A stretch of DNA of 34,598 nt from a virus. Taxonomy: Duplodnaviria; Heunggongvirae; Uroviricota; Caudoviricetes. The stretch is from IMG/VR virus record IMGVR_UViG_2541047807_000005. The stretch is one strand, 5' to 3'. The notes beneath the pieces were generated by a model. The model was not told the origin of the DNA, made no database searches, and worked only from the letters and a program-made list of their open reading frames with translations. Below, in pieces: positions 26,778 through 34,598 of the stretch. A program made the position numbers and the translations under genes. How positions within the stretch are numbered: the first letter of the stretch is position 1; the number at the start of each line of letters is the position of its first letter.

Positions 26778-29700
26778 TAATAACCTGCGCCTGCAGGTCA
26801 TTCTTAATGCGGTTGACAAACTCACCCGCCCATTTCGATCTGCGCAGGCCAGTTCAAGAGAACTGGCTGCTGCTGTCAAAAAATCCCGCGATGCAATAAA
26901 GCAGCTTGATCAGGCCGGGAGCAGTCTGGACAGCTTCCGAAAGCTGCAGGCAGAAAATCAGAAATTAGGCGACAGGCTGAACTATGCCCGCCAGCGTGCC
27001 AATTTGCTCAGTCAGGAACTGGGAGCGATGGGGCCGCCTTCGCAACGTCAGGTTGTCGCTCTGGGCCGTCAACGGCTGGCTGTTCAGCGCCTGGAAGAAC
27101 GCCAGAAAAAGCTGCAGCAGCAGACGGCGCTTGTGCGTGCAGAACTTTATCGTGCTGGTATTTCAGCTAATGATGGCGCCAGTGCGACGGCCCGCATTAC
27201 CCGTGAAACGATGCGTTATAACAGGCAGCTTTCTGAGCAGGAAGCGAGGTTACGACGTGTCGGGGAGCAACAGCGAAAAATGCACGCCGCCCGGGGGGCT
27301 TACGTCAGGCGTCTTGAGGTAAGGGATCGTATTGCAGGTGCTGGAGCCACCACCACGGCGGCAGGGCTGGCAATGGGCGCGCCAGTGATGGCGGCAGTAA
27401 AAAGCTATACCAGCATGGAAGATGCCATGAAAGGTGTGGCAAAGCAGGTCAATGGTCTGCGTGACGATAATGGCAACCGCACTGCACGTTTTTATGAAAT
27501 GCAGGATGCCATCAAGGCTGCCAGCGAACAGTTGCCGATGGAAAACGGTGCTGTGGACTTCGCCGCACTGGTTGAAGGTGGTGCGCGCATGAACGTCTCA
27601 AACCCTGATGACAGCTGGGAAGACCAGAAACGTGACCTGCTGGCCTTCGCCAGTACGGCTGCGAAGGCGGCAACAGCCTTTGAGCTGCCAGCGGATGAAC
27701 TGTCAGAAAGTCTGGGGAAAATCGCCCAGCTCTACAAAATACCTACCCGCAATATTGAACAGCTCGGCGATGCGCTGAACTATCTGGATGATAACGCCAT
27801 GTCGAAAGGGGCGGACATCATTGATGTGATGCAACGTCTGGGCGGTGTGGCTGACCGTCTGGATTATCGTAAAGCGGCGGCACTGGGTTCCACCTTTCTG
27901 ACACTGAGCGCTGCGCCGGAGGTTGCAGCCAGTGCAGCAAACGCGATGGTGCGTGAATTGTCCATTGCCACCATGCAAAGCAAGAGTTTCTTTGAAGGGA
28001 TGAATCTGCTGAAACTCAATCCTGAAGTGATTGAAAAGCAGATGACGAAGGATGCGATGGGAACTATCCAGCGTGTGCTGGAGAAGGTGAACGCACTGCC
28101 GCAGGACAAGCGTCTGTCTGCCATGACCATGTTGTTTGGTAAAGAGTTTGGCGATGACGCAGCGAAACTGGCAAACAACCTGCCGGAACTGCAGCGCCAG
28201 TTAAAACTGACAGCGGGCAATGATGCGCTCGGCTCCATGCAGAAAGAATCCGACATTAACAAGGATTCACTTTCTGCGCAGTGGTTGCTGGTCAAAACCA
28301 CTGCGCAGAATACCTTCAGCAGCCTGGGCGAAACGCTGCGCCAGCCGCTGATGGATATTCTGTACACGGTGAAAAGCGTCACGGGGGCGTTGCGTCGCTG
28401 GGTGGAAGCTAACCCGGAACTGACGGGCACACTGATGAAAGTAGCAGCGGTTGTGGCTGCCGTTACCGTGGGCCTCGGCACCCTGGCTGTGGTGTTGGCT
28501 GCAGTGCTGGGGCCGCTGGCAGTGATCCGTCTGGGATTCTCTGTGCTGGGTATCAAAACGTTACCTTCCGTTACGGCAGCAGTAACACGAACCAGCAGCG
28601 CGTTGTCCTGGCTGGCTGGCGCTCCACTGGCAGTGCTGCGACGCGGGCTTGCTTCATCGGGTAACGCAGCGGGTTTACTTACTGCGCCGTTGTCGTCTTT
28701 GCGCCGTATGGCATCACTGACGGGAAATGTCCTGAAAACTGTAGCAGGTGCGCCGGTTGCACTATTGCGGTCCGGTTTATCCGCTTTACGTGCTGTTGCT
28801 GTGATGTTTATGAATCCTCTGGCGGTACTGCGCGGTGGACTGGCTGCCGCAGGCGCGGTGCTTCGTGTGCTGGCATCTGGTCCGCTGGCGATGCTGCGCG
28901 TTGCCCTGTATGCCGTATCTGGTCTGTTAGGTGCTCTGCTCAGTCCGATAGGTCTTGTGGTTACTGCACTGACGGGTGTGGCGCTGGTTGTCTGGAAATA
29001 CTGGCAACCCATCACCGCATTTCTCGGTGGCGTGGTGGAAGGATTCAAAGCGGCGGCAGGTCCCATCAGTGCAGCATTCGAACCACTTAAGCCTGTGTTT
29101 CAGTGGATTGGCGACAAAGTGCAGGCGCTGTGGGGCTGGTTTACTGATCTGCTGACGCCCGTTAAGTCGACCTCTGCTGAACTGCAGAGCGCAGCGGCAA
29201 TGGGGCAACGATTCGGGGAGGCACTGGCGGAAGGACTGAATATGGTCATGCATCCGCTGGACTCCCTGAAATCCGGCGTATCCTGGTTGCTGGAAAAACT
29301 CGGCATTGTCAGTAAAGAGGCCGCAAAGGCAAAACTGCCGGAAAGCGTGACGCGTCAGCAACCTGCGACGGTGAATGCAGACGGCAAAGTGATGATACCA
29401 TCGGGTGGTTTTCCGTCATGGGGATATGGCTTTGCGGGGATGTATGACAGCGGCGGCTATATCCCGCGCGGGCAGTTTGGCATCGTCGGTGAAAACGGGC
29501 CTGAAATTATCAACGGCCCGGCAAATGTGACCAGCCGGAAAAATACAGCTGCACTGGCTGCCGTTGTTGCCGGAATGATGGGCGTTGCTGCCGCGCCTGC
29601 AGAGCTTCCACCGTTACATCCTTTGGCACTTCCCGCGAAAGGCGGCGAAGCGATGGTGAGTCGTGCAGCCACTGTGCCGCCCGTTCAACGGATTGAGGCA

Positions 29701-29847
29701 CCGACGCAGATCATCATTCAGACGCAGCCAGGACAAAGTGCGCAGGATATTGCGCGGGAGGTGGCCCGCCAGCTTGATGAACGTGAACGCAGGCTGAAGG
29801 CAAAAGCCAGGAGTAACTACAGCGATCAGGGGGGATACGACGCATGA
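26770..29847 (+). CDS. T: Tail tape measure protein gpT
   Basis: 1025 aa, coiled-coil N-terminal region, hydrophobic Ala/Leu/Val-rich central region; synteny. Confidence 0.9.
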   Translation: MSDNNLRLQVILNAVDKLTRPFRSAQASSRELAAAVKKSRDAIKQLDQAGSSLDSFRKLQAENQKLGDRLNYARQRANLLSQELGAMGPPSQRQVVALGRQRLAVQRLEERQKKLQQQTALVRAELYRAGISANDGASATARITRETMRYNRQLSEQEARLRRVGEQQRKMHAARGAYVRRLEVRDRIAGAGATTTAAGLAMGAPVMAAVKSYTSMEDAMKGVAKQVNGLRDDNGNRTARFYEMQDAIKAASEQLPMENGAVDFAALVEGGARMNVSNPDDSWEDQKRDLLAFASTAAKAATAFELPADELSESLGKIAQLYKIPTRNIEQLGDALNYLDDNAMSKGADIIDVMQRLGGVADRLDYRKAAALGSTFLTLSAAPEVAASAANAMVRELSIATMQSKSFFEGMNLLKLNPEVIEKQMTKDAMGTIQRVLEKVNALPQDKRLSAMTMLFGKEFGDDAAKLANNLPELQRQLKLTAGNDALGSMQKESDINKDSLSAQWLLVKTTAQNTFSSLGETLRQPLMDILYTVKSVTGALRRWVEANPELTGTLMKVAAVVAAVTVGLGTLAVVLAAVLGPLAVIRLGFSVLGIKTLPSVTAAVTRTSSALSWLAGAPLAVLRRGLASSGNAAGLLTAPLSSLRRMASLTGNVLKTVAGAPVALLRSGLSALRAVAVMFMNPLAVLRGGLAAAGAVLRVLASGPLAMLRVALYAVSGLLGALLSPIGLVVTALTGVALVVWKYWQPITAFLGGVVEGFKAAAGPISAAFEPLKPVFQWIGDKVQALWGWFTDLLTPVKSTSAELQSAAAMGQRFGEALAEGLNMVMHPLDSLKSGVSWLLEKLGIVSKEAAKAKLPESVTRQQPATVNADGKVMIPSGGFPSWGYGFAGMYDSGGYIPRGQFGIVGENGPEIINGPANVTSRKNTAALAAVVAGMMGVAAAPAELPPLHPLALPAKGGEAMVSRAATVPPVQRIEAPTQIIIQTQPGQSAQDIAREVARQLDERERRLKAKARSNYSDQGGYDA

Positions 29848-30329
29848 TGATGGTGCTGGGATTGTACGTGTTTATGCTGCGCACCGTGCCGTATCAGGAA
29901 CTGCAGTATCAACGCAGCTGGCGACATGCGGCAAACAGCCGGGTAAACCGTCGTCCGTCCACGCAGTTTCTGGGACCGGAAAACGATATGCTGACGCTTT
30001 CCGGTGTTCTTATGCCGGAGATAACAGGCGGCAGGCTGTCGTTGCTGGCACTGGAGCAGATGGCAGAACAGGGGAAAGCATGGCCCCTGATTGAAGGCAG
30101 CGGCACGATTTACGGCATGTATGTGATTGAGGGACTGAATCAGACTAAAACGGAGTTTTTCCGCGACGGTATGCCGCGCCGGATTGAGTTCACCCTGTCG
30201 CTAAAACGGGTGGATGAATCCCTGTCCGATATGTTCGGTGATCTCAGTACTCAACTGAATAATCTGCAGGACACGGCAACGTCTGCTTTAAGCGATATCA
30301 GTAAAACGGTGGGAGGGCTGCTGTCGTGA
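29844..30329 (+). CDS. U: Tail protein gpU
   Basis: 161 aa, overlaps T stop, synteny. Confidence 0.8.
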   Translation: MMMVLGLYVFMLRTVPYQELQYQRSWRHAANSRVNRRPSTQFLGPENDMLTLSGVLMPEITGGRLSLLALEQMAEQGKAWPLIEGSGTIYGMYVIEGLNQTKTEFFRDGMPRRIEFTLSLKRVDESLSDMFGDLSTQLNNLQDTATSALSDISKTVGGLLS

Positions 30330-31434
30330 ATTTCAGCTCTGAACTGCTTAACAAAGGCAACAAAACTCCGGCATTCAGCATCAGTGTTGAGGGCAGGGAT
30401 ATCACCACTGTGCTGGACAACCGCCTGATGGGGCTTACGCTGACGGATAACCGGGGCTTTGAAGCGGACCAGCTTGATCTGGAGCTGGACGACGCTGATG
30501 GAAAAATCGTGCTGCCGCGCCGTGGTGCGGTCATTACGCTGGCGCTGGGCTGGAAGGGACAGCCGCTTTTCCCGAAAGGGGCATTCACGGTGGACGAGAT
30601 TGAACACACTGGCGCACCGGACCGCCTGACCATCCGGGCGCGAAGTGCTGATTTTCGGGAAACGCTGAATACCCGCCGTGAAAAATCGTGGCACAAGACC
30701 ACGGTCGGGGAAGTGGTGAAGGAAATAGCTGCGCGGCACAAACTGAAGATGGCACTGGGTAAAGACCTGTCGGATAAGCCCGTGGAACATATAGACCAGA
30801 CCAATGAGAGTGACGGCAGTTTTCTGATGCGGCTGGCGCGCCAGTACGGTGCTATTGCGTCGGTGAAAAATGGCAATCTGTTATTCATCCGGCAGGGACA
30901 GGGCAAAAGCGCCAGCGGTAAACCTCTGCCGGTGATCACTATCACACGCAAGGACGGCGACAGTCACCGCTTTACCCTGGCAGATCGCGGAGCCTATACG
31001 GGCGTAATTGCCAGTTGGTTGCATACCCGCGAACCCGCGAACCCGCGAAGAAAGAAAGCACCACGGTGAAGCGTAAGCGCAGGACCGCAAAGCAGAAGAA
31101 AGAGCCGGAAGCGAAGCAGGGCGATTACCTGGTGGGTACGGATGAAAACGTGCTGGTACTTAATCGCACTTATGCCAACCGGAGCAACGCCGAACGGGCA
31201 GCGAAAATGCAGTGGGAACGCCTGCAACGCGGCGTTGCATCATTCTCGCTACAACCGGCGGAAGGGCGGGCAGATCTCTACACAGAAATGCCTGTGAAGG
31301 TCAGTGGCTTTAAACAGCCGATAGATGATGCGGAATGGACCATTACGACTCTGACGCATACCGTCAGCCCGGATAACGGTTTTACGACCAGTCTGGAGCT
31401 TGAAGTGAGGATTGATGATTTCGAAATGGAATGA
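30326..31434 (+). pseudogene. D: Tail protein gpD, interrupted by frameshift at an 8-bp tandem repeat (two ORFs 30326..31069 and 31015..31434)
   Basis: The two ORFs together equal P2 gpD length (~386 aa) and both resemble gpD; removing one CCCGCGAA copy fuses the frames. Confidence 0.75.
31026..31049 (+). repeat. Tandem octamer CCCGCGAA x3 within gene D
   Basis: Three perfect direct copies at 31026-31033, 31034-31041, 31042-31049. Confidence 0.9.
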
Positions 31435-31524
31435 TTCTTCGCAATGGAGAACTTTTAAGTTTGCAAAATGGAATGATGCGGTATCATTATTGTGAATTTA
31501 GCAAAAATGGGGAGAACTCGAAAA

Positions 31525-31743
31525 ATGATGATTTGCCCACTGTGCGGAAGTGCCGCCCATACTCGCAGCAGTTTTCAGGTATCTTCATTGACCAAAGAGC
31601 GTTACAACCAGTGCCAGAACATTAACTGCAGCCATACTTTTGTTACCCATGAAACTTTTGTTCGTTCGATTGCAACGCCAAAAGAGTCAAATCCGGTTCA
31701 GCCGCATCCAATGAAATCAGGACAGGTGGCGCTCTCTCTTTGA
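31525..31743 (+). CDS. ogr: Ogr late-gene transcriptional activator (zinc finger)
   Basis: 72 aa from ATG 31525; CPLCGSAAH...ERYNQCQNINCSHTF matches P2 Ogr pattern. Confidence 0.85.
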   Translation: MMICPLCGSAAHTRSSFQVSSLTKERYNQCQNINCSHTFVTHETFVRSIATPKESNPVQPHPMKSGQVALSL

Positions 31744-31823
31744 CGCTGCCGCCATTTTGTCGCCATCGTTAAAAAACAGTGCTTCTAACGTCATGATTTT
31801 AAACGGCATAAATTTCAGGCAAC

Positions 31824-31866
31824 AAAAAACCCATCAACCTTGAACCGAAATGGCGGGGTTGATGGG
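31824..31866 (-). terminator. Intrinsic terminator on minus strand, likely for ybjL
   Basis: 10-bp inverted repeat CCCATCAACC / GGTTGATGGG with a U run on the minus strand, ~110 nt past ybjL stop. Confidence 0.5.
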
Positions 31867-31978
31867 CTCCACAAAATGGGGACATCAAAGAAAAGCAGTG
31901 GCACTAATTAAGACTGATGCCCTGCGGAAAAGTTCTGCGGTTGTGCAAAAAAATTTCATTTTCAGGGCAACTTCAGTT

Positions 31979-33664
31979 TTATCCTAATCCTGGCCATACC
32001 ATGACGATGATTGTCCCTGCCAGCGTCAGCAGGACGTTGGCGATTGCATAGGTGCCCGCATAGCCCAGCGCCGGGATGTTACTGCGAGCTGTATCACTGA
32101 TGATCTCCATTGCCGGCGCGCAGGTGCGTGCGCCCATCATTGCGCCGAACAACAGTGCGCGGTTCATTCGCAATACATAAGCACCGAACAAGAAACAGAT
32201 AACCACTGGCACAAGACTGACAATTAATCCGGCAATCAACATCTGACCGCCAATCGTGCCCAGGCCGTTATTAATACCGCTACCGGCGCTCAGACCAACG
32301 CCTGCCATAAACACCATTAAGCCGAACTCTTTCACCATGCTTAATGCACCCTGCGGAATGTAACCGAAGGTCGGGTGGTTAGCGCGCATAAATCCCAGCA
32401 TAATTCCGGCGAATAACAACCCGGCAGCGTTCCCCATGCCGAAACTGAATGTGCTGAACTGGAAGGTGATCATCCCGATCATCAGCCCAATAACAAAGAA
32501 GGCGCAGAATGCCAGCAAGTCAGTGACCTGGCTATGAATCGAGATAAAGCCGATGCGATCGGCGATGGTTTTTACGCGACGGGCATCGCCGCTGACTTGT
32601 AAAACGTCACCTTTGTTAAGCACGACGTTGTCATCTATCGGCATCTCAATCTGGCTACGAATGACGCGGTTAAGGAAGCAACCGTGATCGGTCAACTTCA
32701 GTTGTGCGAGACGTTTGCCAACGGCGTTATGGTTTTTAACGACCACTTCTTCAGTGACGATACGCATGTCGAGAAGGTCACGATCGAAAACTTCTTTGCC
32801 GTTACGGAAGCTGGGATCGAGTCGGGCGTGGGCGTCGGGATAGCCTACCAACGCTATTTCATCGCCCATTTGTAGCACAGCATCACCGTCTGGATTCGCC
32901 AGAATCCCGTTACGTCGAATACGTTCAATGTAGCAGCCAGTTTGTCGATAAATACCCAGTTCACGCAGATTTTTGCCGTCGGTCCAGGCCACCAGCTCCG
33001 GGCCGACGCGGTAGGCGCGGATCACCGGTAAATAAACCTTACGGTTGGCATCAGTGTCCAGGCCACGTTCGCGGGCGATTTGCTGGGCGCTGGTCTGTAA
33101 GTCCTGATGCTGCAATTTCGGCAAGTAACGCGCACCAACAATCAAACTCACCAGACCGATTAAATAGGTTAAGGCATACCCGAGGCTCAGATTATCCAGT
33201 GCCAGTGAGAGCTGCCTGCTTTCCATGCCGGAATGACGCAGTGTATCGCCAGCACCGACCAGAACCGGTGTTGACGTCATAGAGCCAGCTAACATACCGG
33301 CCGTCAGGCCAATATCCCAGCCAAACAGCTTACCTAACCCTAAGGCGATCACCAGCGCACTGCCAACCATCACCAGTGCTAACATTAGGTAATTTTTCCC
33401 ATCGCGAAAAAAAATGGAAAAAAAGTTCGGTCCGGCTTCGACCCCGACGCAGAAAATAAACAGCATAAAGCCAAGATTAAGCGCGTCGGTGTTAATGCTG
33501 AAATGTTGTTGGCCTAATAACAGCGATACGACTAAAACGCCAATGGAATTACCCAGTTGGATCGAACCAAGTCGTAATTTCCCGAGACATAGCCCAAGCG
33601 CGAGGACCACAAATAATAACAGAATGTAATTCCCATTTAACAATTCGGCGACGTTTATATTCAC
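31979..33664 (-). CDS. ybjL: Putative transport protein YbjL (YidE/YbjL family)
   Basis: 561 aa multi-pass membrane protein; sequence recalled as E. coli YbjL. Confidence 0.85.
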   Translation of the reverse strand: MNINVAELLNGNYILLLFVVLALGLCLGKLRLGSIQLGNSIGVLVVSLLLGQQHFSINTDALNLGFMLFIFCVGVEAGPNFFSIFFRDGKNYLMLALVMVGSALVIALGLGKLFGWDIGLTAGMLAGSMTSTPVLVGAGDTLRHSGMESRQLSLALDNLSLGYALTYLIGLVSLIVGARYLPKLQHQDLQTSAQQIARERGLDTDANRKVYLPVIRAYRVGPELVAWTDGKNLRELGIYRQTGCYIERIRRNGILANPDGDAVLQMGDEIALVGYPDAHARLDPSFRNGKEVFDRDLLDMRIVTEEVVVKNHNAVGKRLAQLKLTDHGCFLNRVIRSQIEMPIDDNVVLNKGDVLQVSGDARRVKTIADRIGFISIHSQVTDLLAFCAFFVIGLMIGMITFQFSTFSFGMGNAAGLLFAGIMLGFMRANHPTFGYIPQGALSMVKEFGLMVFMAGVGLSAGSGINNGLGTIGGQMLIAGLIVSLVPVVICFLFGAYVLRMNRALLFGAMMGARTCAPAMEIISDTARSNIPALGYAGTYAIANVLLTLAGTIIVMVWPGLG

Positions 33665-33933
33665 GGAGGCTAACTTCTTGTTTACTAGTAAGCTGTTGAA
33701 AGAAATGGTAATTTACGATAATGTTTTTTACCAGAATTCAGGGCGCAGATTCATTCAGCGCACCTAAACGATAGTAAAGTAACAATATATTTTACTAGTG
33801 TAATCACATTAGGTATCAACGGCTATATGAATTGCGTTGGCCTATATTAGCATGGAATGCGAAGCGGCTTTATCTTACTGAACGCCACACTGGCGAAAAA
33901 TGTGTTCGATAGACGCAGTGTCAGGAGGAACGA

Positions 33934-34311
33934 GTGAAACATAAACAACGTTGGGCGGGGGCAATCTGCTGTTTTGTCCTCTTCATTGTGGTGTGTCTTT
34001 TTCTGGCGACGCACATGAAAGGCGCTTTTCGGGCTGCCGGGCATCCTGAAATCGGTTTGCTATTTTTCATTCTTCCTGGTGCAGTTGCCAGCTTCTTTTC
34101 ACATCGTAGAGAAGTCCTGAAACCTCTGTTTGGCGCAATGCTGGCGGCACCCTGTTCGATGCTCATTATGCGGCTGTTTTTTTCACCGACGCGCTCATTC
34201 TGGCAAGAGCTGGCATGGTTATTAAGTGCGGTGTTCTGGTGTGCGCTGGGGGCATTGTGTTTCTTATTTATCAGTAGTTTGTTTAAACCACAGCACAGAA
34301 AAAATCAATAA
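33934..34311 (+). CDS. ybjM: Inner membrane protein YbjM
   Basis: 125 aa hydrophobic protein, GTG start; conserved neighbour of grxA in E. coli. Confidence 0.75.
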   Translation: MKHKQRWAGAICCFVLFIVVCLFLATHMKGAFRAAGHPEIGLLFFILPGAVASFFSHRREVLKPLFGAMLAAPCSMLIMRLFFSPTRSFWQELAWLLSAVFWCALGALCFLFISSLFKPQHRKNQ

Positions 34312-34330
34312 AGCCCTCAACGCGAGGGCT
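34312..34330 (-). terminator. Hairpin AGCCCTC-aacgc-GAGGGCT between ybjM and grxA, likely grxA terminator
   Basis: 7-bp GC-rich stem, T-rich tract on the minus strand after the stem. Confidence 0.4.
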
Positions 34331-34340
34331 TGTCAGACGA

Positions 34341-34598
34341 TCAGGCGTCCAGATTCTCTTTCACCCATGCAGCAAAATCGGTATAGCCGCCGATATGTTG
34401 CTGATCGACAAAAATCTGCGGCACGGTTTCTACGGGTTTACCTGCCTTTTGTTGTAGATCTTCTTTAGTGATCCCTTCCGCACGAATATCTACATACTGA
34501 TACTGGAAATCATCGCGTTCATTGCTCAATTTCTCAGCCAGATCTTTTGCACGCACACAGTAAGGGCAACCCGGACGACCAAAAATAACGGTTTGCAT
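34341..34598 (-). CDS. grxA: Glutaredoxin 1
   Basis: 85 aa, CPYC active site; start codon at last 3 bases of window. Confidence 0.9.
   Translation of the reverse strand: MQTVIFGRPGCPYCVRAKDLAEKLSNERDDFQYQYVDIRAEGITKEDLQQKAGKPVETVPQIFVDQQHIGGYTDFAAWVKENLDA

Larger units (their letters stand above)
1..31750. mobile_element. P2/186-family prophage, int end starting at window edge, ogr end near 31750; left att site outside window
   Basis: Colinear P2/186 gene order int-cI-apl-cII-A-cos-Q-P-O-N-M-L-X-lysis-R-S-V-W-J-I-H-G-FI-FII-E-T-U-D-ogr, followed by chromosomal ybjL-ybjM-grxA. Confidence 0.9.

Noticed and set aside
27864-29066. 400-aa ORF on minus strand inside tape measure gene
   Set aside because: Antisense ORF in a GC-rich, Ala-rich coding region; low-complexity translation; no RBS.
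31431-31625. 64-aa ORF overlapping the ogr start
   Set aside because: Out of frame with the Ogr zinc-finger motif; the 72-aa Ogr frame starting at 31525 is the conserved one.
1-34598. Looked for CRISPR arrays, tRNA or rRNA genes and IS elements/transposases
   Set aside because: No regularly spaced direct repeats, no tRNA-like cloverleaf candidates at the prophage junction, and no transposase-like ORFs were found; the only mobile element supported is the prophage itself.

Overview
Almost the whole window (1 to ~31750) is one P2/186-family temperate prophage in prophage gene order: integrase, CI-like repressor, Apl/Cox, CII, early genes, Dam methylase, replication gene A, an accessory region around a cos-like sequence, then portal/terminase, capsid, lysis, tail and Ogr. 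The left attachment site lies outside the window; the right junction is between ogr and the chromosomal genes ybjL, ybjM and grxA (Escherichia-like flank, 31979 to 34598). Most interesting are AT-rich cargo genes at variable positions: a TIR-domain protein between cos and the portal gene, a Cys-rich 246-aa protein at the P2 tin/old position, and a 245-aa protein with an R-x4-H (HEPN-like) motif inserted between tail genes S and V. The prophage also looks partly decayed: tail gene D is frameshifted by an 8-bp triple tandem repeat, and the tail-fibre inversion module is reduced to a truncated invertase and an orphan inverted assembly gene. All product calls rest on ORF structure, ribosome-binding sites, synteny and similarity recalled from memory; no database search was run.
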